Of a stretch of DNA of 53,084 bases, positions 10,918 to 19,985 are shown one piece after another. Below the pieces are notes generated by a model that saw only the letters and a list, made by a program, of their open reading frames with translations, did not search any database and had not been told where the DNA came from. The DNA comes from Armatimonadota bacterium. GTDB taxonomy: Bacteria; Armatimonadota; Fimbriimonadia; Fimbriimonadales; GBS-DC. The stretch covers positions 1 to 53,084 of the forward strand of contig JAUQOS010000004.1 of the NCBI GenBank assembly GCA_030550775.1. The letters run 5' to 3'. The number at the start of each line of letters is the position of its first letter. Position 1 is the stretch's first letter. Both the position numbers and the translations under genes were made by a program.

Positions 10918-11960
10918 CGCGACACCCCCGCGCTTTCGTCGTAGATATCTTCCAAAGCCGTGTGTGGCTCAGGGTCAGGGCTGTTGATGGCGTACTCTAT
11001 CGCGCGTTGGATTTGCTCCACGAGGTCGCGTGGCGGTTCGGGCAACTCAGCCTCCGTGAACTGTCCTGTGTTGAGCAGGTAGTTGCGGAAGCGCGGAATC
11101 GGGTCGCGCTGCTCCCACAGTTCAATCTCCTCCACGGGGCGATATTGGCGCGCGCGGGTTTCGTCGTGGTCAGCATGCCCTTGCAGGCGATAAGTTACGC
11201 ACTCTATCAGCACAGGACCGTTGCCGGCGCGGGCATGTTCCAGCGCAGCGCACATCGTGTCATACACTTCTAACACATCATTGCCATCAATGCTGTAGCC
11301 AGGAATACCATAGCCCAGCGCCCGCTCGGCAACTGTTTTGGTGGGCACCTCCAGCTCCACGGGTGTGGAGTAGGCATATTGGTTGTTCTCCACCACCACA
11401 ATCAGGGGTAGCTTGTGCACTGCGGCGAAGTTCAAGCCCTCGTGAAACGGGCCCGTAGCGGTTGCGCCTTCGCCCGTGTAGGCAACCAGTACGCGGTCGC
11501 GTCTGCCGTCCAGCCGCTGCGCCCACAGCACGCCACACGCCACCGCAATCGTGGAACCCAGCATACTGGTGGAGTGGATGATGCCCTTGGAAATATCGCC
11601 CATGTGGCTCCACGAGTCTTTGCCGCGCGTAGGGGCTTCCGCTTTACCCCAGATCTGACACATTACTTCCTCTAAGCGCATCCCGCGAAACACAAACACA
11701 GGCATATCGCGGTGAATCGGGGATACGAAGTCATCTTCGTGCAGGGGGTAGGTGGTCCCCACCATAATCGCCTCTTGCCCACGCGAGCCATACACATTCC
11801 CGCGGCGCAAGCGCCCTTTTTTCTTGGCATCATAGAGCGCCTCATCAAATAGCCGTGCAAACCACAACCGCCGATAAATCTCCAGCAAATCTTGCTTTGT
11901 CAACTGCTCGTGATATGCCGAAACTTGTTGTCCATCCCTCAGCAGTGTCGTTGTACTCAA
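10905..11960 (-). CDS. 2-oxoacid dehydrogenase E1 alpha
   Basis: GQEA, TPP motif GEGAT...ENN, YRLQGH; AGGAGG precedes TTG at 11960. Confidence 0.93.
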   Translation of the reverse strand: MSTTTLLRDGQQVSAYHEQLTKQDLLEIYRRLWFARLFDEALYDAKKKGRLRRGNVYGSRGQEAIMVGTTYPLHEDDFVSPIHRDMPVFVFRGMRLEEVMCQIWGKAEAPTRGKDSWSHMGDISKGIIHSTSMLGSTIAVACGVLWAQRLDGRRDRVLVAYTGEGATATGPFHEGLNFAAVHKLPLIVVVENNQYAYSTPVELEVPTKTVAERALGYGIPGYSIDGNDVLEVYDTMCAALEHARAGNGPVLIECVTYRLQGHADHDETRARQYRPVEEIELWEQRDPIPRFRNYLLNTGQFTEAELPEPPRDLVEQIQRAIEYAINSPDPEPHTALEDIYDESAGVSRCVK

Positions 11961-12024
11961 GGTGCTGCCTCCTACCAATGGGGATTATACCCAAACTAAC
12001 CCGAATTGCGCCCTTTTTGCTAAC

Positions 12025-12091
12025 TCCTCGCCTTCAGCTCGGAATGACAAGCGCACTTCCGCGAAAATAGACGGGTCATTCTGAGCGCAGC
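12025..12091. repeat. REP-like palindrome pair (second unit truncated)
   Basis: TCCTCGCCTTCAGCTCGGAATGACA and GTCATTCTGAGCGCAGC. Confidence 0.7.
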
Positions 12092-12100
12092 ACAGACAGG

Positions 12101-12425
12101 TGCTCCCCTGACAAGGATACAGGGTAATGCCTCAACAGCCGAAGCTGCTACCTGCTTTTCTCCAAACCCCCTCCGTAAGGTTCCCCCTACGCAGTAGGGG
12201 GAACCTGATGTTTGTCACTTCGCACAAAAACACAATCTGTAGAGGCGTGGTGCCCCACTGACGCTCAAGATGTAGCGCAAATCGCGCAAAGCGACAAAGA
12301 TGAGGGCTCCCCATGCCAGTAGGGAGAACCGAGCATTTTTTCGGCTCCCCTCGCTTGTGAGGCGAACCTATAGGAGGGGGGCAGAAGTTGACATCCCTAA
12401 AAACTGCATAAGAGATGGGGGAGCA
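12101..12425. mobile_element. Degenerate composite MITE-like element containing a split hairpin cassette and a nested IR segment
   Basis: TGCTCCCC/GGGGAGCA ends; CCCCCTCCGTAAGGTTCCCCC cassette at 12166-12206 and 12306-12381; nested imperfect IR at 12208-12301. Confidence 0.5.
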
Positions 12426-12433
12426 GGCACACA

Positions 12434-12513
12434 GGCGAATAAATTCGCACCCATACGCTCGAAAACTCGCGAAGGCAGGGTTTTTCGATTGCGTAAGCGC
12501 GAATTTGTTCGCT
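12434..12513. repeat. GTAG-type REP-like inverted pair
   Basis: GGCGAATAAATTCGCACCCATAC and GTAAGCGCGAATTTGTTCGCT in inverted orientation. Confidence 0.6.
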
Positions 12514-12633
12514 CGCGTTTCAAACCGCTACTATGAAACACCTATCCCTGCACAGTCGTTTCGCAAACAGCCTCTTCCAGCGCAACAAAATACCCTATTT
12601 CCCTGCGATTACGAGACACCCCATATCCCCCAC

Positions 12634-12662
12634 TTGACACGCTATGCCACGCATGCTATAAT
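12634..12662 (+). promoter_or_regulatory. Sigma70 promoter of nrdR-nrdJ
   Basis: TTGACA (12634-12639), 17-bp spacer, TGcTATAAT extended -10 (TATAAT 12657-12662). Confidence 0.9.
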
Positions 12663-12669
12663 ATAACAG

Positions 12670-12717
12670 CCACAAGATGTAGGGTTGACGGCAGGCAACC
12701 TTGCACATATGTGGCAA
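12670..12717 (+). promoter_or_regulatory. Tandem NrdR boxes
   Basis: ccaCAAGATGTAGggt (12670-12685) and a weaker tgcACATATGTGGcaa 32 bp downstream, matching the NrdR box pattern and tandem spacing, directly before nrdR-nrdJ. Confidence 0.78.
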
Positions 12718-12730
12718 GTGAGGCGGAACG

Positions 12731-13210
12731 ATGCGGTGCCCATACTGCGGTGTGGATGAAGACCATGTGGTGGATTCGCGCCCCTCGCAAGGCGGGGCAG
12801 TCATCCGAAGGCGACGCGAATGCTTGCGCTGCGGCAAACGCTTTACCACCTTTGAACGCTACGAAGAGCGCCCCCTTATGGTGGTCAAAAAAGATGGACG
12901 ACGCGAGCCGTTTGACCGCAACAAGGTATTGCAAGGTATGGTGGTCGCCTGCCGCAAACGCCCCGTCAGCATGGATGTGCTGGAAAAAGCCGTCGACGAA
13001 ATCGAGCAAGAAATCCACAACCGCGATGAGAACGAAATCAGTAGCGTAGAGATCGGGCGCATGGTGATGGAGAAACTGCTCCAAATAGATCCCGTCGCCT
13101 ATGTGCGTTTCGCCTCCGTGTACGAGGAGTTCGAAGACCCACAGCAGTTCAGCCGCGTCGTGCAAATGCTCACCCGCCAGCAGAAACGCACCCGCGGCGA
13201 AAGTGGATGA
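12731..13210 (+). CDS. nrdR: Transcriptional repressor NrdR
   Basis: MRCPYCG..VVDSR..IRRRRECLRCGKRFTTFE zinc ribbon, ATP-cone, VAYVRFASVY. Confidence 0.98.
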   Translation: MRCPYCGVDEDHVVDSRPSQGGAVIRRRRECLRCGKRFTTFERYEERPLMVVKKDGRREPFDRNKVLQGMVVACRKRPVSMDVLEKAVDEIEQEIHNRDENEISSVEIGRMVMEKLLQIDPVAYVRFASVYEEFEDPQQFSRVVQMLTRQQKRTRGESG

Positions 13211-13214
13211 GGGA

Positions 13215-13291
13215 GGGTTCCTTGCTGCACTTGGCATGACAACGGCTTTTAGGGCAAAAAATCTATCATTCCGAGCGCAGCGCGGCATCCC
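13215..13291. repeat. Degenerate REP-like pair between nrdR and nrdJ
   Basis: GGTTCCTTGCTGCACTTGGCATGACA and TATCATTCCGAGCGCAGCGCGGCATCC. Confidence 0.6.
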
Positions 13292-13303
13292 GAGGAGGCA
13301 GCG

Positions 13304-16141
13304 ATGAACCCTAATGAGGGCACATTGGAGTTTGGAGCACGAACCGATGGCGCGGTCGTTGAAGTCCGAGAATCGATCCGCCCAAAGCCCAGCGGTACTG
13401 CCCTGCGTTACGGCTACATCCCCCGCGAGAAGTTTGATAACATCAACACGGGCAAGGGGCTAACCATTGAGCGACGCTTTACCAAACCGGGCATAGATCC
13501 CTTTGACGAGGTGGAGTGGGAGCGGCGCACCGCCGTGATTACCGACGAGCGCGGGCGAGTGGTGTTCGAGCAAGCCGATGTGGAGGTGCCCGCTTTCTGG
13601 AGCCAGCTCGCTACGAATGTGGTTGTCTCCAAATACTTCCGCGGGCAGCTGGGCACGCCTGAACGCGAGACCAGCGTCAAGCAGGTCATCGGGCGCGTGG
13701 TGAACACCCTCACCGAGTGGGGACGCCAACTCAACTACTTTGCCACCGAAGCGGACGCCGAAGCCTTCCGCGACGAACTCAAATATTTGCTGCTACATCA
13801 GTATGGCGCATTCAACAGCCCTGTCTGGTTCAATGTCGGAATCGAGCCCAGAAGTCAGTGCTCCGCATGTTTTATTGTATCAGTAGAGGATACGATGGAA
13901 TCGATTCTCGAGCTCGCCAAAACCGAGGGAATGATTTTCAAGTTTGGCTCGGGGTCGGGCACCAACCTCTCGCCGTTGCGCAGCTCGAAAGAGTATTTGT
14001 CGGGAGGCGGACGCGCTTCAGGACCCGTTTCGTTTATGCGCGGATTTGATGCCTTCGCGGGCGTTATCAAAAGTGGCGGCAAAACCCGACGCGCCGCCAA
14101 AATGGTGATCTTGAACGTTGACCACCCCGACATCGTGGAGTTCATTGAATCCAAGGCGAACGAAGAGAAAAAAGCATGGGCACTTATTGAAGCAGGCTAT
14201 GACCCCGGCTTCAATGTGCCCGGCGGTGCCTACGACTCGGTCTACTTCCAGAACGCGAACCACAGTGTGCGCGTCACGGATGAGTTTATGCGCGCGGTGG
14301 AAGAAGACCGCGAGTGGCACACCATCGCGCGCACCACCGGCGAAGTGTTGGGCACTTATCGCGCGCGCGAGCTATTTCGCAAAATCGCCGAAGCCACCTG
14401 GGTGTGCGGCGACCCCGGCTTGCAGTTCCACGACACCATCAACAAGTGGAACACGGTCAAAAATAGTGGTCCAATCGAGGCAAGCAACCCTTGTAGTGAG
14501 TTCGTCTTTCTCAACGACACATCCTGCAATCTTGCCAGTATAAACTTGATGAAATTTAGGTTGCCCAACGGCGATTTTGACATCGACGCCTTCCGCGCTG
14601 CCGTGCGCATCTTTATCACGGCGCAGGAGATTATCGTGGACGCCTCGGCGTATCCGACCGAGAAAATCGCCGATAACAGCCACAACTTCCGCCCGCTAGG
14701 GCTGGGCTATGCGAACTTGGGCGCGCTGCTAATGTCGCTCGGCTTGCCCTACGACAGCGATGCAGGGCGCGCCTACGCCGCCGCGATTACCGCGCTGATG
14801 CACGGCGAGGCGTATCGGCAGTCGGCAATTATCGCTCGCGATTGTGGCGGTCCGTTCCCCGCGTTTGAGTTGAACCGCGCCCCGATGCTGGAAGTGATGC
14901 GCATGCACGCCGACGCACTGAACAGCATTCAGGCAGAGTATGTGCCCCCTGCGCTGATGAACGCCGCCCGCGCCGTGTGGCAAGAGACTTTGCAACTGGG
15001 CGAGCAATACGGCTATCGGAACGCGCAGGTGACGGTATTAGCTCCTACAGGCACGATAGCGTTCCTTATGGACTGTGATACCACAGGAATTGAGCCTGAT
15101 ATCGCCTTAGTGAAATACAAAACGCTGGTCGGCGGCGGCGTGCTGAAAATCGTGAACACTACCGTGTCGCTTGCCCTCCAGCAACTGGGCTACACCGACG
15201 AAGAGATTGAGGCAATCACCCGCTACATTGACGAGAACGACACGATCGAGGGCGCGCCGTACCTCAAGCCCGAACATCTACCCGTGTTCGATTGCGCCTT
15301 CCGCCCTGCCAAAGGCACCCGTAGCCTTGCCCCACTGGCGCATGTGAAGATGATGGCGGCTGTGCAGCCGTTCCTGTCGGGGGCAATCTCTAAGACTGTG
15401 AATGTGCCTAACGACGCTACCCCAGAAGATATTGAGCAGATCTACATGCAAGCGTGGAAACTGGGGCTGAAGGCGATTGCAATCTACCGCGACGGCAGCA
15501 AGCGCACGCAGCCACTCTCCACCAAGAAGCCTGAAGCGGAGGCGCAGCTCGCCGAAGTCAGCCGCCCTGTGCGCCGACGCCTGCCCGACGAGCGCAAGAG
15601 CATCACCCACAAGTTCAGTGTGGCAGGGCATGAGGGCTACATTACCGTTGGTATGTACGAAGATGGCACGCCCGGCGAGATTTTCCTGACGATGGCGAAG
15701 GAAGGTTCGGTAATATCGGGACTGATGGACGCTTTCGCCACGGCGATCTCGCTTGCCCTACAGTACGGCGTGCCCTTGGAGAAGCTGGTGGAGAAGTTCT
15801 CTTACACGCGCTTCCAGCCCAGTGGCTTCACAAATAACCCACAGATTCCAATCGCTACTTCGATTGTGGACTACATTTTCCGCTGGCTGGCGTTGAAGTT
15901 TTTGCAAAGTCAGCCTGCTCCGCCCGAGGCGTTAGAGAGTGCAAGCAGTGCTGAGCTGCCTGAACCCGAAGGCGTACATGGGGGCTTGCCTCAGGGGCAG
16001 GGTGCGATGACCACGGACTGGTCGCAATTGGTGAGGTTGCAGCAGGACGCGCCGCCCTGCCCCAGCTGCGGCATGATTATGGTGCGCGCGGGTGCGTGCT
16101 ACCAGTGTTACAACTGCGGTAGCTCGTTTGGCTGCGGCTAA
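13304..16141 (+). CDS. nrdJ: Class II (adenosylcobalamin-dependent) ribonucleotide reductase
   Basis: FNSPVWFNVG, QCSACFI, IKSGGKTRRAAKM, SNPCSE, APTGTI, YRDGSK, TSCPD-like region, C-terminal CxxC/CxxC ribbon. Confidence 0.97.
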   Translation: MNPNEGTLEFGARTDGAVVEVRESIRPKPSGTALRYGYIPREKFDNINTGKGLTIERRFTKPGIDPFDEVEWERRTAVITDERGRVVFEQADVEVPAFWSQLATNVVVSKYFRGQLGTPERETSVKQVIGRVVNTLTEWGRQLNYFATEADAEAFRDELKYLLLHQYGAFNSPVWFNVGIEPRSQCSACFIVSVEDTMESILELAKTEGMIFKFGSGSGTNLSPLRSSKEYLSGGGRASGPVSFMRGFDAFAGVIKSGGKTRRAAKMVILNVDHPDIVEFIESKANEEKKAWALIEAGYDPGFNVPGGAYDSVYFQNANHSVRVTDEFMRAVEEDREWHTIARTTGEVLGTYRARELFRKIAEATWVCGDPGLQFHDTINKWNTVKNSGPIEASNPCSEFVFLNDTSCNLASINLMKFRLPNGDFDIDAFRAAVRIFITAQEIIVDASAYPTEKIADNSHNFRPLGLGYANLGALLMSLGLPYDSDAGRAYAAAITALMHGEAYRQSAIIARDCGGPFPAFELNRAPMLEVMRMHADALNSIQAEYVPPALMNAARAVWQETLQLGEQYGYRNAQVTVLAPTGTIAFLMDCDTTGIEPDIALVKYKTLVGGGVLKIVNTTVSLALQQLGYTDEEIEAITRYIDENDTIEGAPYLKPEHLPVFDCAFRPAKGTRSLAPLAHVKMMAAVQPFLSGAISKTVNVPNDATPEDIEQIYMQAWKLGLKAIAIYRDGSKRTQPLSTKKPEAEAQLAEVSRPVRRRLPDERKSITHKFSVAGHEGYITVGMYEDGTPGEIFLTMAKEGSVISGLMDAFATAISLALQYGVPLEKLVEKFSYTRFQPSGFTNNPQIPIATSIVDYIFRWLALKFLQSQPAPPEALESASSAELPEPEGVHGGLPQGQGAMTTDWSQLVRLQQDAPPCPSCGMIMVRAGACYQCYNCGSSFGCG

Positions 16142-16144
16142 GCG

Positions 16145-16402
16145 TTAGCTGGGCGTAGGATAGACGCTTACGCGGCGGCGATGGCGCGGACCTTCAAAGC
16201 GCACATAGCCGTCCACCAGTGCGAACAGCGTGTCGTCGCTGCCACGCCCCACATTGCGCCCAGGATGGAACTTCGTGCCCCGCTGGCGCACAATCACATG
16301 CCCGGCGCGCACGAACTCGCCCCCGTATGCCTTCACGCCCAAAAACTTCGGATTGCTGTCGCGTCCGTTTCGCGTGCTGCCAACACCCTTCTTGCTTGCC
16401 AT
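16145..16402 (-). CDS. rpmA: 50S ribosomal protein L27
   Basis: [41 protein letters not shown] before ATG 16402. Confidence 0.98.
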   Translation of the reverse strand: MASKKGVGSTRNGRDSNPKFLGVKAYGGEFVRAGHVIVRQRGTKFHPGRNVGRGSDDTLFALVDGYVRFEGPRHRRRVSVYPTPS

Positions 16403-16534
16403 TGTTAGCCTCCTTAGTAATCCATCGGCACTGTGCCGACGGGCGCTACAATGTTTCGTCGGCGAGAACGCCGAATGTTGCAAAGGGGGTGCGGTTGCCG
16501 CACCCCACACCGTACAACGGCGTGTAAGTATACC

Positions 16535-16648
16535 CTATCCTTGAGCGCTCGTGTTCCCGCCAAAGAGAATGCGCCCGAAGCAGTAAACAAACAACCCGCC
16601 AACAAACAGCCACGCGCCTATCATAAAAATCCATCCGCTTGTGCTCAT
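16535..16648 (-). CDS. 37-aa single-TM peptide, probable NSS transporter small subunit (MetS-like)
   Basis: Below the ORF-track size range. ATG overlaps the transporter stop (ATGA). [37 protein letters not shown]. Confidence 0.75.
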   Translation of the reverse strand: MSTSGWIFMIGAWLFVGGLFVYCFGRILFGGNTSAQG

Positions 16649-18501
16649 ACAGCTGCCTCCTCCTTGAATTTACGCTTGAACGCCGTGCGCACCATCAACG
16701 CCAGCGCAACGAATAGCCCAATCAGATAGAGGCGCGTGACCCACACCGTCCAGCCCGCGCCTTGCCCTTCAACGCCCTTCTGCAGCACGGTGCCGTCCAA
16801 GATGGGCTGGATGATGTTGAGCCAGGTCCAAAAGCCCAACACAAACAGCAAGATAATCGGCGCGATGTACTTGGCGCTGTAGTAGAAGAAGCGCCACGGA
16901 CGGATTTGTGCGCCTTGCAGCAGCTCTGCCCAGATTTTCTCGCCGCCGAAAATCCACATCAGCAGGATAATCTCAAGCAAGGCAAACAGCGGTGGGAAGA
17001 AAGTGCCCGCCCAGAAATCCATCACATCCAGCGAGCCGCTCAGAAAGATGCATAGATGCGTGCTGGGAAACCACACGGCTGCCAGAATCGCCACCGCCTT
17101 GCCCCGCGAGAAGCCGAACTCGTCTTCCAGAAACGCCACAAACGGCTGCGCCAACGCCATCACGGAGGTAATCGCTGCGATAAACAGCAAGAAGAACCAC
17201 AGCGCGCCCAGAATCTGCCCCAGCGGCATAAACTCAAACACAGGGGGCAGCGAGGCAAAGCCCAAGTAGAAAGTGCCCTGCGAGGCGATAATCTGCGTGG
17301 CTCCAATGCCAAAGAAAGTCACTGCAGCAGGAATGGCGATGGAGCCGCCCAGCACTACCTCGGCGAACTCGTTAGCGGAGGTGGTAGAAAGCCCCGTGAG
17401 GGCAACATCGTCCTTCTCACGCAAGTAAGAGGCATAGCACTGAATAGCGCCCATGCCCAAACTCAGCGAGAAGAATATCTGCCCGACCGCTGCCAACCAC
17501 ACGCCCGGGTCTGCCAGCACAAACACTTGGCGCCCATCGCGCTCGATGTACCATTTCGGCTCCCACAAGAACGCCAAGCCGTTCAGCGGCCCCTGTGTTT
17601 CCGACACAGGATGCCCCAGCGTCAACACGCGAATCACCATAATCACAGCCAACACGAACAACAACGGCATGCCGATCTTTGCCAGCATCTCAATCCCGCC
17701 CGATACGCCGCGCGCCAGAATCCAAATGCTGAGCAAAAACACGCCTAAAAACACCACATAGGTAAAGGTCGGTACCTGCAGCACATCGCCTGCAGGTTGC
17801 CCGTCAGCAGTAATCCCGCCCGTATAGCGTTTACGCGCCTCATCAAACGGTTTCACGATTTTCTCTTGGACAATCGCTGCTTCTACTTTTTCGAGGCGCT
17901 GCTCGGGGGTCAGTTGAGGGATTTGTTCGGGTTTGACGCCGATTTTGCTAAGAAATTCCATCATCGCGGGGGTGGCAGTGCCTGCGGCGAGGAACTGGTC
18001 AACATCGGCGCGCTGGATGGGCAGCCCTGCAATCAGGTTCTCACGAATTTCGCCACGCGCCAGTGCCGCTAAATCATCGCGTGTGATGCCTTGCTCTTGC
18101 ACTTTCGGCAGCTGGTTGGTGATGGTATAGATGCTGTAGCCGATCGTCCAGCTGGCTAGGTAAGAGTAGTAAATCAAAATCACTAACGGAATGAAAATGC
18201 CTAGAGTGCCCAAGTATTTGCTAATGCGGTTATTCCACATCAGCTGGAACATGCCGGGCGTGGTACCGTGTCCACGCACGCCACCATAGCGTCCCTGCGC
18301 CCACTCCAGCCACATCAAAGGGATCGCCATAAAGATGAGGGCGATAAAGTACGGGATCATAAACGCCCCGCCGCCATTGGCAGCAGCTTGTCCGGGGAAG
18401 CGCAAAAAGTTGCCGATACCGATGGCGTTGCCTGCCATTGCCAGCACCAAACCTATTCGCGATCCCCAATGCTCGCGTCCGCCGTTGTTGTTTTTCGCCA
18501 T
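16645..18501 (-). CDS. NSS family Na+-dependent amino acid transporter (LeuT-like)
   Basis: REHWGSRIGLVLAMAGNAIGIGNFLRFP..AAANGGGAF, GQIFFSLSLGMG, NEFAEVVLGGSI. Confidence 0.95.
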   Translation of the reverse strand: MAKNNNGGREHWGSRIGLVLAMAGNAIGIGNFLRFPGQAAANGGGAFMIPYFIALIFMAIPLMWLEWAQGRYGGVRGHGTTPGMFQLMWNNRISKYLGTLGIFIPLVILIYYSYLASWTIGYSIYTITNQLPKVQEQGITRDDLAALARGEIRENLIAGLPIQRADVDQFLAAGTATPAMMEFLSKIGVKPEQIPQLTPEQRLEKVEAAIVQEKIVKPFDEARKRYTGGITADGQPAGDVLQVPTFTYVVFLGVFLLSIWILARGVSGGIEMLAKIGMPLLFVLAVIMVIRVLTLGHPVSETQGPLNGLAFLWEPKWYIERDGRQVFVLADPGVWLAAVGQIFFSLSLGMGAIQCYASYLREKDDVALTGLSTTSANEFAEVVLGGSIAIPAAVTFFGIGATQIIASQGTFYLGFASLPPVFEFMPLGQILGALWFFLLFIAAITSVMALAQPFVAFLEDEFGFSRGKAVAILAAVWFPSTHLCIFLSGSLDVMDFWAGTFFPPLFALLEIILLMWIFGGEKIWAELLQGAQIRPWRFFYYSAKYIAPIILLFVLGFWTWLNIIQPILDGTVLQKGVEGQGAGWTVWVTRLYLIGLFVALALMVRTAFKRKFKEEAAV

Positions 18502-18632
18502 AGCGTTGCTCCCTCCGTAGCCCTAAACGCGATAAGGGGTAGATTCGAAACGATGGGCAGGTTTCCTGCAGCAGTTATTCTTACTCTGACGCCCCTTGCT
18601 CCCTATCGGTCTGTTTTTGCCGTCAAAAGCTA

Positions 18633-18750
18633 TGTCATTCCGAACCGAGGGCGAGGAACCTCAAGCGAAACTCAGTCGAGACCCCTCGCGACGCTCGGGG
18701 TGACAAACGGTAGCTAACCCTGTCATCCTGAGCCGAAGGCGCGGAACCTC
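18633..18750. repeat. Three alternating REP-like units (BIME-like)
   Basis: TGTCATTCCGAACCGAGGGCGAGGAACCT / GAGACCCCTCGCGACGCTCGGGGTGACA / TGTCATCCTGAGCCGAAGGCGCGGAACCTC. Confidence 0.78.
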
Positions 18751-18800
18751 ATACCTGGTAATTGCTTGGGTTGTTTCACCTTGTTGAGTTAGGCGCGGGC

Positions 18801-19088
18801 TTAGCGACCGAGGCGCAGTGGCTCCTCGCCTTTGCGAATCCAACCGCGCTGGCGTGCCAGTGATTCGCGCCCCAAGTCGGTACGGGCGCGCTCCAATTCG
18901 GATTGCAAGTACTGCTCGTGTTGGCGCAGGCTTTGCAGTTCCAACTCGAGCTGATGGGTTTCGGCGCGCGTGTGGCGCCACTGGCTGAAAGTGCGAATTG
19001 TGCGCGGTGTGGTGTGGAAAGTCAGCCAGATGGCTACCAACCACAACACAACGCTCCAACCGCGATGTGACCTCCCTGTACGCGCCAT
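18801..19088 (-). CDS. FtsB/DivIC-like septum formation initiator
   Basis: Short basic N-terminus, TM helix, leucine-zipper coil, E.LAR..GWI..GE tail. Confidence 0.65.
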   Translation of the reverse strand: MARTGRSHRGWSVVLWLVAIWLTFHTTPRTIRTFSQWRHTRAETHQLELELQSLRQHEQYLQSELERARTDLGRESLARQRGWIRKGEEPLRLGR

Positions 19089-19244
19089 TTCTCCGCTCCG
19101 TTGGAAACGCAGTATACCACAGAGTGTGGTGAATTCCTGCTGATTTTACAACCAATAGGGTGGAAAATTTAGGGCAGTTGCGTCGGTCGGGGGCAACAAG
19201 TGGGCGTGGGTAACGCGTGTGCTGGTAGGTATAATCGCCACGCT

Positions 19245-19979
19245 ATGCGCACGCGCTACATTCCAGAGGTCTTGCGCTTGTTGCAAGCCATCTACGAGCG
19301 TCAGCACGAGCAACTGGAAATCGCTGCCACTTGGATTGCCAACGTGCTGCAAGCTGATGGGCTGCTGTATGTGTTCGGTGCATCGCACGCGGGCATCCTC
19401 ACAGAGGAGCTGACCTACCGTGCGGGTGGGCTGGTGCCTGTTAGCCCGATTTTCATTCCTGGGCTGACCTGTGATGTGCGCCCAATTACGTTGACTTCGG
19501 CGCTGGAGCGGTTAGATGGCTATGCTCTCACTGCAGTGAAGCACATCCCGATTAGCCCCAGCGATGTAGTGCTGGTGCACTCGGTGTCGGGGCGCAACGC
19601 AGCGCCTGTGGAAGTGGCGTTGTATGCCAAGCAGCAAGGTGCCAAAGTCATTGCGCTGACCTCGCTGGAGTATTCGCAATCGGTGGCGCCGCGCAGCAGC
19701 ACGGGCTATCGGTTGTTTGAGGTGGCAGATTTGGTGATTGATAACGGCGCGCCGCGCGGGGACGCGCTGGTGCAGTTGGAGGGCTTTCCGCAACCCGTCG
19801 CTCCTGTGTCAACCGTGTTGGGCGCGGCGTTAGTGAACGCAATCGTTGCCGAAGCATGCGCCATCTTGTTGGAGCGTGGCATCACGCCCCCTGTGTTCAT
19901 GTCGGCGAACCTAGAAGGGGGCGATGCGCATAACGCGCAGCTGATGGCACGCTATCAAGGCAGGGTGTTGTACCTGTAA
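19245..19979 (+). CDS. SIS domain (sugar isomerase) protein, UPF0309-like
   Basis: FGASHA, YRAGGL, SVSGRN, VIDNGAP.GDA, PVFMSAN; ATG 9 nt after GGTATAAT. Confidence 0.9.
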   Translation: MRTRYIPEVLRLLQAIYERQHEQLEIAATWIANVLQADGLLYVFGASHAGILTEELTYRAGGLVPVSPIFIPGLTCDVRPITLTSALERLDGYALTAVKHIPISPSDVVLVHSVSGRNAAPVEVALYAKQQGAKVIALTSLEYSQSVAPRSSTGYRLFEVADLVIDNGAPRGDALVQLEGFPQPVAPVSTVLGAALVNAIVAEACAILLERGITPPVFMSANLEGGDAHNAQLMARYQGRVLYL

Positions 19980-19985
19980 GGGTGC

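Noticed and set aside
12520..13303. Cobalamin riboswitch for nrdJ
   Set aside because: No B12-box recognised; the leaders are short or occupied by NrdR boxes and REP units.
13304..16141. Inteins in nrdJ or dnaB
   Set aside because: Both read continuously through the usual insertion motifs (NPCSE; Walker A, DLRDSG) at normal length.
18502..18632. Glycine or other amino-acid riboswitch/T-box upstream of the NSS transporter
   Set aside because: No conserved aptamer or T-box motif recognised.
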